From the human T2T-CHM13v2.0 reference genome, Homo sapiens, in NCBI RefSeq assembly GCF_009914755.1, contig NC_060932.1: 64,000 nucleotides of DNA; one strand, written 5' to 3'. How positions within the stretch are numbered: position 1 is the stretch's first letter; each line of letters starts with the position of its first letter. The notes under the pieces are model-generated. The model was not told where the DNA came from and made no database searches. It worked only from the letters and a program-made list of their open reading frames with translations. A program made the translations under genes and the position numbers. Shown piece after piece: positions 33,661 through 47,893 of the stretch.

Positions 33661-35939
33661 ATCCGTTCCTTCTATACTTCCTTCTTTTCTCAGAGTCATA
33701 TGCTTGAAAAGTCAGAAAGCTCTAGGGGCCACATAATCTCTTTCCAAGTGAGAAAATCCACACAAATCTATGGAGTACCTACTGAACATCAGGCATTTAC
33801 TAGGTTTAGAGATCTATAGTGGGCCATAGGAATTGCTTTACTCAACTCCAGTACATCTCTCTTTATGCAACTCAACCACTCTCCTTTCACTCTTTGTCTC
33901 TTTGTACTTTTGCTAATGACTTCTGCTAATGTACTTCTCTCTGACTTCTGAGTCATTTGCTCAATACTTTTTCCACATTTCAAGTTTCATTTCCTGATAT
34001 TATCTCGCTGGCCTGGTCATTATTTTTCCCCCTTGCTCAGAGTTTTGCACCAGCCTTCCTTGCAGACAACTGCTTAGCACATAGACCAGCTGCCCTTAGG
34101 TCAAATGGCTGCTGGTTTCATGCCCTATGAAAAGAGAAGGGGGTTGCAAAGCTTAGAAGATGGTCTCCTATGCTTATTGAATTGCTTTAATAAATATTTT
34201 ATTAGATCAATTTCCTTCATTGTACAAAGAGTATGTTTAATAAGGTACCCACTTTCATAACAGAAAAATGATAGTATCACTAAATCTAGAGAAGAAGCAA
34301 GTTGCAACATGTTAATTTTGGGGTATTTGGGGGTATTTGAGATGAGACACCTGTTAAGTAGTTGGAAACATGGATGTAGATCTTAGGAGACGGGTTTAGT
34401 CATTCAAACTAGAGAAACACATTTGAGAGTTATCAGGATGTATGTTGATGGCATCACACATAAAGGAGATTAGTCTACGTGACCATAGAGAATGTCTTGA
34501 ATGTTGGGTCAAGGATAAAACTCAGGGAACATCAGAAGAACAACTCAGTAAGAAGATTGAAAGAGTCAGTCAGAGGAGTATGAGAAAATCAAAATTTATG
34601 TTTACCATGAGAGTGCAGGAGTTTCCAACCTATATTTCTATCTTCTTTTTCCTGTTCCATATATATAAATATATGTATATATTCCAATGTTTTAGTCAGT
34701 TAGACCTCCAACTCTTACCTAATAATTTCTCATGCTTCATACAACCTATTCTTTCCTTGTGCTCACAATTCTCTTCTTCAAATCTCTACCTATCAAAATT
34801 AATTTTATCTTTCAAGATACATTCTGTATATTTTTTTAGTTTATTTTACATTTTTAACATACACACATTTATATACTTTTCTCCTCCTTTTACTGGATTT
34901 TAGGCTTTTGAGAACCTAGATAGTGTTTTTCTTATTGCATCTCTTCTGATGGTACTTATAAGGCATATGAGAAATAAAGTTTTTATTCTAGCAGTGTCAT
35001 TGATTCTGCCTACATCACTATTTGCTTCTCCTGCCATTTTGCTTTCCTCTTACTGGCCTGACTCCCAGCAGGAAAAAAAAAATATATTTGAAATGTAAAC
35101 ATATTAGCACTTTTTCCAGAAAGAGATAGTAAAAGAAAAAAATTACAAAAAGAAAAACAGGGTTCTTAGGCTGATGTTTGACAGTAATAGAAGAGGTGGT
35201 ATTTTGTTTTCTCATATACATTAAATTGCTGTAAGATTTGGCAAGAACAATAAAAACTTTCCAAGCTCCTTCTAAAAAAAAAAATTATCCATAAAAAAGA
35301 ACACAAGTGTAGGATGAAGAACTGAATACCTGTGATATTACTAATGGAAAGATTCAATGTCTCTTTTGGTTTACACAGCCATGGAAGTAGGTGGTGTCTA
35401 GATTTCTTTTGACTACATTCTATGCAACATGTAAGAGGGAAGTAATCATGATATAAAGAGAGTAAGGATCTTCACGAGTTGTATTTATTAAGATGGGAAT
35501 GAAATATTATAATAGTTGGCCTTTGCAATCAACAGGAAAACATGAGTTACTCAATGAAAATATTGGGGCAATCTGCTAATAATTAAGTACATTCCAAAAT
35601 ATTTATTACAGAACAAATTTCACAAGATTAAAGATTACATTTTTAAATCAAGCTATAGAAACACAAAAGTAAACACAGATATTTGTATATCCTTGCAATG
35701 GAAACTGATTTTCTAAATATTTGTATAACCTTGCAATGAAAACTGATTTTCTAAATACTGATAAAAGGAAAGCAGAAACCATGAGTGAAAGACTGATTGA
35801 CTCTATCACTTTAAACTCACAGAGCCTTGTCATGCCATACTTCAGGACTAATTGATGGCTTGTCAATCTCATCTTTTTCCAAATGAAAGAAAATATGTTT
35901 CATGGCAAATTTTCAATAGTCTCCTTGAAGATCATTGAA

Positions 35940-36720
35940 AGGTCTCCTGGAATAATTGAATCTCAGCTTAGCAAGGCCCAGTGATAGGGGTTGAGGACAT
36001 AGAGAATGGCTCAGAGGGGAGTAAGCAGCCTATCACACTGAATGATGGTAAGAGCTTAAGAAAATGAGGCAGAGACACTGCAATGGATCAAACCACTCAG
36101 AAGTAACCAGTGACTTCAGTGAAAGGTATTGAGAATAGGCAGACGATAAATGGGAATGGATTAAGCAGTAAGTGGGAGGTGAGGAAATGGTGCTATGAGC
36201 TCAAATAATTTTTCAAAAAGTGTGGAGAAAATACAGAAGGGTAACTGGAGTGCTATGTGAGAACCAAAGTAGTTATTTTTGATGAAAGAGTCTTTAACAT
36301 GTTTAAAATATAAAAGAAGGAGGCAGTCAGAAATAAAAATTACAAAATTGAGAAGGGATTATTAATAATGTAAGGTACTAGAGAAGGAAGAGGAAAATGG
36401 GATCCAAAATACTAGTGGAGGGATTCATTATTGAGAAAATGAGAAATCTCAGGTGGAAATGCTAAAAAGGGAGAGCAGATGCACTGGAAGAAAGTAAAGC
36501 ATGAGTTGTCCATCAGCACCAGTGGGCTTGAGAATGGTGGGAAGTGATAATCGCGTGGTCTTGAATGATGGGAGGTTGTAGTCAGTAGGCAGAATGCTAA
36601 TTTTTGTGACTTTGGAGGTGAAGTTGTGGATAATGGCAAGATGCAAGGTGCAATCCTGAGAGTGACTCCCGAGGTGAAGTGAAGGACACTTTGTGTAAGG
36701 AAGTTCAGGACCTGAGGGGC
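35940..36720 (-). mobile_element. L2 fragment(s)
   Basis: Purine-rich antisense L2 motifs: gtaagtgggaggtgaggaaatgg, tcaaataattttcaaaaagt, catgtttaaata. Confidence 0.55.
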
Positions 36721-37704
36721 TGGCATCATTAATTTTACCAATATTCAGTTGTTGAAACTTCAAATAATGTGAAGATTATGTGTCTGATTTACAGATGCCT
36801 GATCTTCAAGGAATATTTTTCTAATGTCCGTAGTTGTTTTTGTAATCGTCTGTCCTATTTTCTAATTGTATGAGATGGAAATTTAAATTTCTAATATTTC
36901 AAACTTCTCAGCTATCTCTCCTCCTTACCCACCAGGAATGGATTACTGTCTATCCTACTTCCCCAAAAGAGAATTAACAGCATAGAAATTATGCCTAAAA
37001 GCCAGGTATTTATATACCAGGTGAGTATGAAATACTTTCTTGGTATCTGATGCATATTTACTTAGTAAGATAGGACCCCAGCCTTGCTACCAAAGTAAAT
37101 GTTAAATATGCTTGAGAATGCTGTCCAAAACTTGGGTAAGAAGTATCAATGTAAGGCTATAATAAACCAAATTTGATTCTCTCAAAAGTAAAAGTAATAG
37201 GATTTTCATAACAGGAGAGAAACATATCACTAGTCTATTTCTCAAGACCAAAGAAAAGTATGCTCACTGTGTCAATCAATATAATGGCCTTGATCTTTAA
37301 AGAAAGTTCAATTGGAAATGCTAAAATCATGCATATAAGTAAACTTCACAGTACACTGTTGAGCTAGCTCTATAATAGGTTTCAATACTTGGCATCAAGA
37401 TTTTTTTTACCCAGAACTCCTTTCTTCTTATATTCTTCTCCACATCTTCCCAGGTGCTCGCTATAGAAGACTCAGTATACTTGGCAAGAAGGAAATTAAT
37501 GAAAGTCAAAAATTAGCTACATCTAGAGATTTCACTATCAGCAAAATTATATGACCACATATTAGTATTATGAGCAAGCATCCTCAGACCCAACTGTGAG
37601 CATGAGCACAGTAATTTTAGTCCCAAGATTTCTGTTGAATGTCTCCATTTCAGGCTTTCGAGCAACCAATGTATGCAATAGGTAAACAGAAATCCAGTCA
37701 TATT

Positions 37705-37828
37705 TGGAGAGAGAGAAGGGAGGAAGAAGGAGAGAAAGGAGAGGTGGGGTGGGGGGAGAGAGGGAGGGAGGGGGGAGGGGGGAGAGACAGAGAGAGACAT
37801 ACACAGAGAGAGAGAGAGAGAGAGAGAT
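37705..37828. repeat. GA/G-rich low complexity and (GA)n microsatellite
   Basis: Directly visible polypurine tract. Confidence 0.9.
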
Positions 37829-38649
37829 CTTTCTGAGGTCAAACTGCCCACCCTAAAGCTTAGCCATAGGAGTATAAATGAAATGAAATACAGATGGGAA
37901 CAACAGGTCAGGCATGCAATTAGCCCAACTGAGACTTAAGTTGAAGATCTGTAGACTGTAGATCTAGTCCTTATCTATAATTATTATGTGGTACACTTTC
38001 ACTGCACTAAGTAGGGGAGTTCTTACTGCAGCTAGAACATTGGCCTGAGGCAATGCTGCAGTCCAGATACTTTCAAGGAAGATGTAACGAGCAAGGGTTA
38101 CATTTTAAATATGCCCAAAGATCTTTTCTTTTGACAAGCACACTACATGTGGGCCATGTGATTCTTACGGAGCTGTCAGTCAAGTGGGCATGTAATCCAG
38201 ACCAATCAATTAAGGTCCTTTACAGGAATATTAGAAAAGACTGATGACTTTTCACCGCATCGACAGATGGTAGCTGGGGGTTGGGGGGAGTGGAATGAAA
38301 AAAACAGGGAAAAGAAGAGCAAAGAGTGGAGCAACTATATGTGATTGAAGCCATTCCAACCTGAAATTTTTAAATTTTACAAGTTAATAAATTCCCTTTT
38401 CCTTATGCTGGTTTCCTAATACAGAGGAGGAAAGTAGGTGACAAAGAGAGAGTGAGCAGAGGCAACTCTCACGGCTGTGATTAGAAAACAGCATTTATGA
38501 CAGGAGTCAGCTGGTTCCCAACTCATTTCCTTCATTCATCATCTGAAGGCCCAAGACGGTCTGCCAAACCAGAATATGTTCACAGAATCAGACCACAGCT
38601 GAGAAGTCAGTGGAATTGTCTTCTATATTTTTGTTTCTACCTTGGGCAT

Positions 38650-38775
38650 ACTTGAGCCTTGGAGATGGAGGCTGCAGTAAGCAGACATCCCGCAACTGCA
38701 CTCCAGCCTGGGGGACAGGAGTGAGACCCTCTCTCAAAAACAAAACAAATAAACAAACAAAAAACACCAAAAAAT
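38650..38775 (+). mobile_element. Alu right-arm fragment (AluJ/FRAM-like)
   Basis: cttgagcct..gaggctgcagt..actgcactccagcctggg..gtgagaccct plus A-rich tail. Confidence 0.85.
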
Positions 38776-39130
38776 GCAAAACTTTGCAAGCTAAGGAATA
38801 TATAATAAAGGAATGATGATGACCCTTATACACATTTAGACAGCATGTCTCCTCTTCTAAGCCTTTTGAAAAAATTACAGGTAATATTTGATATTTCTTA
38901 TCCTCAATCAGACATTATCTAAATTGATCCACACACATTCTCATTAACCCAATCATACTTAGTTTAGAACTACTCATACTTCACTTGAATAGCACTCCAC
39001 TCTATGAGGCATGGACCATTACATGCCCACATTTTATAGTAATCCCAGTAAATAACATTTCACATATGCAGCCTTCACTTTACATGGCACAAGCTATTAG
39101 TTTTACTCTAATCCAGAGAAAAGAAAACTC

Positions 39131-39511
<381 letters not shown>

Positions 39512-39789
39512 CTATGAAATGAATGGAAGAATTTTTAAAAAGGCTTAACATGAGACAGATAAGGAGATACAATTTGATATCAAAGCGATACTTTCAGCAG
39601 TAGCTTTCCCATAGGGGCTATAATATTGGCATGAACCACCATGTGTAACAATATTTTAAGAGCTATGATTAGGCAGGCTGGTTAGGAATTCTTTGTCAGA
39701 ATAGGCAAATGTTTACAGGTTCTGAAAAGCAGATTGCTGGTACCATCTACCTTAAGTTTCAAATCTTTGTTACTTCTTTATTCATTTTT

Positions 39790-41870
39790 TCCAATATCTA
39801 TTGAGATAGGGGTTGGTGAATTCTTATCCATTCTGCCATTCTGTATCTTTCAAGTGGAGCATTTAGGCCATTTACATTCAACATTAGTAATGAGATGTGA
39901 ATACTATTCTATTCATCGTGCTATTTGTTGCCTGAATACCTTGTTTTGTTTTTTCATTGTGTTATTGTTATATAGGTCCTGTGAGATTTATGCTTTAAGG
40001 AGATTCTATTTTGGTGTATTTTGAGGATTTGTTTCAAGATTTAGAGCTCCGTTTAGCCGTTCTTGTAGTGACAGCTTGGTAGTGGTGAATCCTCTCACAT
40101 TTGTTTGTCTGAAATAGATGGTATCTTTCCTTCATTTATGAAGCTTAGTTTTGCTGGATACAAACTTCTTGGCTGATAATTGTTTTGTTTAAAGAGGCTA
40201 AAGATAAGACCTCAATTCCTTCTAGTGTGTAGGGTTTCTGCTGAGAAATGTGCTGTTACTCTGATAGGTTTTCCTTTATAGGTTACCTCATGCTTTTGCC
40301 TCACAACTCTTAAGATTCTTTCCATCATCTCGACTTTAAATAACCTGATGACAGTGTGCCTAGGTGATGATCTTATTGCGATTAATTTCCTATATGTTCT
40401 TTGAGCTTTTTGTATTTGTATGTCTATATCTCCAGCAAGACTGGGGAAGTTTTCATTAATTATTCCCTCAAATATTCTTTCCAGACTTTTAGATTCTCTT
40501 CTTCCCTGGGAACACCAATTATTCTTAGGTTTGGATCCTTAACATAGTCCCAAGCTTCTTGGAGGTTTTGTTCAGTTTTTAAAATTCTTTTTTGTCTTTG
40601 ATGGATTGGGTTAATTCACAAACCTTGTCTTTGAGTTCTAAAGTTCTTTCTTCTGCTTGTCTGACTCTACTGCTGAGACTTCCCAAGGCATTTTGCATTT
40701 CTCTAAGTGTGTCCTTGATTTCAAGAAGTTGCGATCATTTTTTATTTGTGCTATTTCACTGAAGATTTTTCCTTTCATATCCTGTATCATGTTTTTAATT
40801 TAAGTTAGAGTTCACCTTTCTCTGGTGCTTCCTTTATTAGCTTAATAATCAACCTTTGAATTCTTTTTCTGGCAATTCAGAGATTTCATCTTGGTTTGGA
40901 TCCATTGCTAGTGAGCTGATGTGATCTTTTGGGGGTGTTAAAGAACCTTGTTTTGTCCTATTACCAAAAGTGTTGTTCTCATTTGGGTAGACTATGTCAG
41001 AGGGAAGATCTGGGAACTCAAAGGCTGCTGTTCAGATTCTTTTGTCCCATGGGGTGCTCCCTTGATGTGCTGTTCTCCCCCTTCCTCTAGGAATGGGGCT
41101 GCCTAAGAGCCAAACCACAGTGATTGTTTTTGGTCTTCTGGGGTTAGCCACCCAGTGGAGCTACTGGGCTCTGGGCTGGTACTGGGGAGTGTCTGCAAAG
41201 AGTCCTGTGATGTGATTCATCTTCAGGTCTCTCAGATGTGGATACCAGCATCTGCTCCAGTGGAGGTAGAATGACAAGTGAAGTGGACTCTGTGAGGGTC
41301 CTTGGTTGTGTTTTTTAGTGTGGGGGTTTTGTGTTGGTTGGCCTCCAGCTAGGAGGTGGCACTTTCATGAGTGCATCAGCTGCGGTACTATAGGGAGAAA
41401 GTAAACTTGCCCTAGGGTCACCTGGGCAAAACCTAAGTATTCAGGTTTTTCAGGTGGTGGGCAGGGCCATAGAGCTCCCAAGAGATTATGACCTTTGTCT
41501 TTGACTACCAGGGTGGGTAGAGAAAGACCACCAGGAATGCCAGCAGTCACAGGCCTCGTGCCATTCCCACACAGCCCCTAAGACCAGTCTGACTCCCACA
41601 ATGCCCTCCACAGCTAGTGAGCAGGGCAAGAACTTGCCCTAGACCACCAGTCACTGCACTGAGAAAGTAACAGACACAGTTTTCCACCACCTCGGGGAGG
41701 CTGTAGCAGCAATCCAGTTTCTTCAAAGGGTCTGTGAATTCTCTCAGCTTTCCTGCTATGTTGCTGTGGTAGATCTTGAAGCAAAAGTTCATAATGTGAG
41801 TCTCCACATGCTGCTGTATCCAAGTGGGAGCTGCAAGCTAGTCCTGCCTCCTGTACACCATCTTAATCCT
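39790..41870 (-). mobile_element. L1PB-type 5' portion (5' UTR, ORF1, start of ORF2)
   Basis: Antisense ORF1 motifs (gggtttctgctgagaaat, ggggaagttttc); 5' end ctgcctcct..ccatctt. Confidence 0.85.
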
Positions 41871-42149
41871 CTGTCCAAAGTTTTTAAAATAGTCATTCAA
41901 AAAATAATGTGGTAAGAAGTCGAAAGAGCCCCTGTGAACCCAGCACTCTTTATGCTTAGGCTCAGGAATATATAAAACTTTTCTACAGTAAGATCCTTTT
42001 GCCCCATCAATTCTCATATAACTCCCCTCACCCAATTTTAACTTGGAGATTGTTCCTCCTTCAATCTAGTGTATGTGTTTTGGGTGAGCTCTACCCCTGC
42101 TCCAAAGGTGCACAACATGTGTCACGTGCAAGCCAGTAAGCATATTATA

Positions 42150-42590
42150 TTCCCCTGGCCTTGGTGCTTGTGGACACAGAGTGATTCCCCTGCAAGTAAA
42201 AGGGCTCACTGTTTCCCACTGGGCTTCACTCTTGTGCTCATCTGAGCCTAAAACTGCTGCAGTCATCTTCTCATCAAGCAAAGAGAGCCTAGGAATTTTA
42301 TAAGTTATATGGAGAACTTTCATATGAAGCCAATGCAGTGGGAGGCAGACAGGAGAAGCAGAGAAAGAAAGGAAGGGAAGAAGGGAGGAAGGGAGGAAGG
42401 AAGGGAGGAAGGGAGGGAAGGAGGGAGGGAGGAAGGAAAGAAGAAAAGGGAAAGACCTCTGTTTGAGTCCAGAATCCAGCTTTACAAGAAGCTAGGCTAC
42501 CAGTAGACATTTTGAGTTGAATGGGAAAATAAATGTCATCTTTGCCTCCAGTCCTTTGGTATAGGCATTCTAACACTTGTAGACTAATAT
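42150..42590 (+). mobile_element. Old MLT1-type LTR interrupted by (GGAA/GGGA)n at 42360-42452
   Basis: ctgctgcagtcatctt, aatccagct..gaagctag, aaataaat..gcattctaacacttg motifs. Confidence 0.55.
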
Positions 42591-45500
42591 AGAAAAAAAA
42601 AATTAACTCTAACAGACATGTTTAATCTGATGCCATCACATCATTTCCAGGTCCTACTCAAAACTTATGAGAGTTTAGAGCCTCAGAGCTATAAAACCAA
42701 CATAGAAGGATTTCACAATCTCAAGTCACTTTAAAACCAACATCATAGAAAATGTGATCATGGAAATGTTTAGCCAAATTCTATTTTGTGGGCATTTTGG
42801 GAAATGCAAATTCCATTTCTAACATAATAGAAAATTAGTAATTAGATACAATCTGCATTGTGAACAAAATTACTAAACATTCTACCTTATAATCATTAGA
42901 GCCCTGATATAAGCAATGAAAATTAGAAATCTTATTCCCCCTATGGATTCTTGTTTAGTGCAGTAATACTAGTTTTATATTCCATGAGTCCATATTTGAG
43001 GAAAGGTTGTAACCATACCTCCCCTAACAGTTTAAAATCTTGAAAAAAATATGTAAAAGAACAATGTGTTAAAATTTTAAAATGGGAAATTAGTGTCATC
43101 TTGTATTTTGAAGATGTAAAAGTAAAAACTTTTTTTTTAAAGTAAAAACTTTATCTCCCCTTCTTCATATGTTAAAGAATCATTGACTAAATCAGGCCCA
43201 CTTTATTTCCTTTGGTGTTCTGAAATCATCAAGTAAACCCTCTTTATTCCTCCTTTAGAATGTTGTTAAAGTGTAAACTCCTTCCCTTGACAGTCAGGCT
43301 CAATGCTGTTTCAGCCAGGAAATTCTAATTTCTTGAAAAAATCATATCCATGATTATACTTTGGTTATTGGATCAAAGTCAGGACTTAATTCTGAACACT
43401 AATGTGATATTTCATAAAAAACTTTAGTTTTTAAGCATTAACGTGGTAATCAGCAAATGTCCTTGAGAGATGGCCCAGATATTGGAAACAGCAGTAACCT
43501 GACTTTCAAGCATCCATGAAAGTACAGATTGACTTCCAAAAAACACAAAGCTTTAGGAAGAGATGTGAAACATCTTCCCAGAAATTATTGGATTAAAAAA
43601 AAAAAACCACCCAGATGAATATGAGTCAAAATGTCATCCAAAATGGCTCAAATTTTGTAGAACTTCTACATTAAAGAGTAAATAGGACCAGATTGGAGGA
43701 AAATGCCAAGAAGTCATTCATATGCATTATTTCTATGAATACAAAATTGTGTCACAGAAAAACAGAAGCAGGCTTTTCTCTGCAGTATACAGTCTGGTAA
43801 GTCCATGGGCAGATAAGCTCATGAAAATTAGATGAATTTCCTCCAAAACAATGTTTGTGTGACTTGTATTTATACTTTCAGTCTAAACTAAAGTAGTAAT
43901 TTTTAAGTTAATAACATGCCTCAATATTTAATAAAAAATTCTTACTCGTAAGAATAAACATACAAATTTGTACTACTTGCTTGGCAGTTATTGGTAGAAA
44001 AGATAAAAATGAAAATGGTATAGGACTTGGAGGATGACTATGTAGTTGGCCACAGCAAGTGGAAAGAGAAAGATGAAGAATGAGAGTGAGGTGGGAGGAG
44101 AGCAAGTGAAAGAGAAAGACCAAGAGGCATTATACAAGCACAGGGTGAAATCGTGTGCCTTAGGTTATAGCTGGCTGAACAGAATAAAAGAGTAGTAACA
44201 ATAAAAGCCAACATTTGTTGGATACTCATCATATGCGTGGTGGAATGTTAAGTGCTGATTATGTGATTATGTAACATTTCATTTAATCCTCTTTGAAAAA
44301 AGAAAAAAATATGCAGTTTCCCTACAACTACTAAAATTTGATACCTAGATGAGATTTTTTCAGATTTTCTTCCTGCAACTAAATGTCTAGAGATAACTTT
44401 TAATATACATGGCATTCTTTTTCAGTACCTACCATGGTGCCAATTCATTGACCAAATAAACATGCTAGACATTTTTAAAGGAGAAGCTGAAACATTCTAA
44501 AAAACTAGAATACTATAGAACAAAATGGCCAGGTAACTGCAGATTCTTCAAACTTCTTTTCCCTTTAAGTGAGTTATGCAATCTAAAAATTAAAAAAATA
44601 AAAAAATAAAAAAACATGAAGAGCATGTCTTCCACACTGAGGCTACAAACAGGTCTAACCTTATGCCACAAACCTTGCCCCAAATTAAAATAAAATCTCT
44701 GCAACGTACTAGTTATTCATTTTCCAGAGACAAGTATGCAAAGTAGCAGCAAGTGAGGGAAATTCTGGAAAGCCTCAGTACAGACAGTTCAGAGGGCATA
44801 AAAAGCATACTTGATTTCCAGCCTCTTTCCCAGGGCCTATGCTCGAAGAGCTGCCAAACTAAGTCTTTACTTTGATCTAAGAAAAAAACACAAAAGGGCC
44901 AAAGTCTGATCACCACTTTTTCACACCTGGCAATGGAAGCAGCAAACAAGATTCAGCTAAAAGACAAAAATCATAAACTTTTTTTTTTAACATTTCAATG
45001 TTTATAGGACCAAGCTGCTTAAAAAATCTAGAGCAAAATAAACTTTCCATGTTTCAGATGAAGACTAAGTGCTAACATAATGATCACTTTCTGTACTTTT
45101 GCCATTACTTTTGAATAAAAAAATTATTTTTTGTTACACTTTTAAAAACTTTAGTCTAAGTGTGTTTCTGTAATTATTTAAATGTCCTCTAAGATTACTC
45201 CACGAGGCATCATTAGAACAGAATGTATCATATATACATTCACCATAATAAAGAAATGTTTGTTATAAGAAAATAACTGCCATTCCATACTCTTTTGTGG
45301 ATCTTCCTGGGATTTCCTGGGATATTTCTTTCTACTGAAAGAATTTAGTTTTGCTCTTGGCTTTGAAATGAAACCGAATGGTATGTTAATTGAAAGATCT
45401 TAATGACCATTCTGAATTTAAAGCTGAAATTTCACTTCTGTTCTGTTTCCTATCTTAAATTGTATCCAGCCATATTGCCTAGTATAGCCTCTCAAAGCTT

Positions 45501-45643
45501 CTGCAATGAGGTTAAATGACCATAAAATAGTTCAATAATCATATGCCAACATTTATTGATACTCCAAAATTAAATATAATTTCCCTCTCATTAATAATTT
45601 CCCAATAGATATAATTAAATTCAAAGATTAAAATCTTTCCAAA

Positions 45644-45865
45644 AAATCCAAATTCTTACCTTAAAATCCGTAAAAGCTAAAGTCTGAAAAATTCCTGCTG
45701 TCTTTGTTGAGCAGTATGAATCCAAAGAAAGTAAAGCCTCAAATCCCAACTTAAATTCCAAACGTATTCTCTCCAACTTCTCATTCTGTTCAGTTTCAGT
45801 TAGATGAATTCTCTATATCTGCATTTCTTTCAGCAGCTACAGCCTGACTCTTTCTTGGGAATGGG
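45644..45865 (+). repeat. Inverted duplication arm A (222 bp)
   Basis: Reverse complement of 47672-47893; I count 5 mismatches. Confidence 0.97.
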
Positions 45866-46159
45866 TGCAGTTCTTTCAGGGCCTCAGAAATTGTGTTTGT
45901 TCGCTCCTAAGTCAACTCAGGAGCCTCACTTTTAAGGATCCAAAGCATTAATAGAGAATACAAAAGTGCACATCATGGTTTTCCAAACCCGCACGTTTTA
46001 GAAAATAAAGCAATCCCCATTTACTAGCAATGTTATCCTAAACATAATTATATTCTAGAATCCAGTACATACTGTTGTCAAAGGTCATTATAGAAACTCA
46101 AACTTGTCTGAAAAAGAAATACTAGTTTCAACTTTACTAAACTGCTGATCAGCCCATCC

Positions 46160-47210
46160 CTGTATGATAAAAACCCTTAACAAAGTAGGCATCAAAGAAA
46201 CATACCTCAAAATATGAAGAGCCATCTGTGACAGACCTGAGGCTGACATCATACTGAAGGGGAAAATTTAGAAACCTTCCCTCTTGGCACTGGAATAAGA
46301 CAAGGATGTCCACTTACACCACTCCTATTCAACATAGTACTAGGAATCCTAACCACAGCAATCAGCCAAGAGAAAGAAATAAAAGGCATCCAAATAGAAA
46401 AAGAAGAAGTCACACTATCTCTCTTCACTGAAAATATAATTCTATACCTAGAAAACCCCAAGGATTCCTCCAAAAGACTCCTAGATTTGATAAATGATGT
46501 GGTAAAGTTTCAGGATACAAAATCTACATATAAATATCAGTATTATTTCCATATACAATCAACATTCAAGCTGAGAACCAAATCAAGAATGCAATCTCAC
46601 TTATAGTGAAAACAAAAAGAAAACAAACAAAAACCTAGGAATACATCTTCCCAAGGAGATAAAAGAACTCTATAGGAGATGCTTGTCTGGGGTACATGAG
46701 AATTACCCTAAAAATCTATTAGAGTTGGATAGAAATGTTCATAGCAGCATTATGCATAATTGCTAAAATCCTGAAGCAACTTAATGCCCATCAACTGATG
46801 AATTAATGAACAAAATGTGGTATATTTCCAAAACATGTTCAGACATAAAAAGGAATAAGTATTGCTACATGATATAATATAGATGAATCTTGAAAACACT
46901 GTGCTAATGGAAAGAAGCCAGTCACAAAAGGCTACAATATGGCTTGATTCCACTGACATGAATTATCCAAACTGCGTAAATTTGTAGAGACAAAAACTAG
47001 ATTTCTGGTTGTCAGGAGATGAGAGAAGGGAAGAATTGGGACTCACTGCTAATCAGTAAAGGGTTTCTTTTTGGGGTGGCAGAGATAATCAAGAGTGAGA
47101 CACTAGTGATGGTCACAATACATAGTTAATATACTAAAAATCACTGAATTATATGCTTTTAAACAGTGGATTTTATGTTATATAGATTATATCACAATAA
47201 AAAATAAATT
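46160..47210 (+). mobile_element. L1M ORF2 fragment plus L1MB-type 3' end
   Basis: ggaataagacaaggatgtccact..ctcctattcaacatagtact (RT region); 3' end gggtttcttttggggtg..attatatcacaataaaaa. Confidence 0.85.
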
Positions 47211-47671
47211 GAGAGAAACCTCTCATAAGAGATTAAATTTGACTCTATGGGATTCATCCTAACTGTGGGACCAGAGTGGGTTAAGGGCTGAGATTCACTT
47301 ATCTTCTTTCTGAGTTATTGTCATCTGAGATATTCCTGGCCTTTTAATCTCTAAAATTTGCAGTGGAAGCATCCCCCACCTCACCCACTGGGCATCAGGT
47401 CCTAACTAAGAAGTTCTTCTGATTCAGTATTTTCTCAGCCTTTTAGTCTCAACTTCCCCACTGAGTGCCATTCTAATGCTATAGTAAGTGTGGACCTGGC
47501 CATGTAGCCAACACTGTATCCTAGGAGCTGATAGTTTTGGTCCTGAGACACAATGGCTGCTGTCACTCACTACAGAATTGCTTAGGCCTGTGAAACCTGG
47601 CTCCCAGTGAAGATTCTCCTGCCCCTCAGTCCCCAGAACTTTTCCAGCTGGAGAGCAATTCTCGGGAATTT

Positions 47672-47893
47672 CCCATTCCCGAGAAAGAGTCAGGCTGTAG
47701 CTGCTGAAAGAAATGCAGATATAGAGAATTCATCTAACTGAAACTGAACAGAATGAGAAGTTGGAGAGAATAAGTTTGGAATTTAAGTTGGGATTTGCGG
47801 CTTTACTTTCTTTGGATTCATACTGCTCAACAAAGACAGCAGGAATTTTTCAGACTTTAGCTTTTATGGACTTTAAGGTAAGAATTTGGATTT
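47672..47893 (-). repeat. Inverted duplication arm B (222 bp)
   Basis: Reverse complement of 45644-45865. Confidence 0.97.

Noticed and set aside
34442-34903. 153-aa ORF
   Set aside because: Spans L2-like and AT-rich low-complexity sequence; F/I/L/S-biased with no motif
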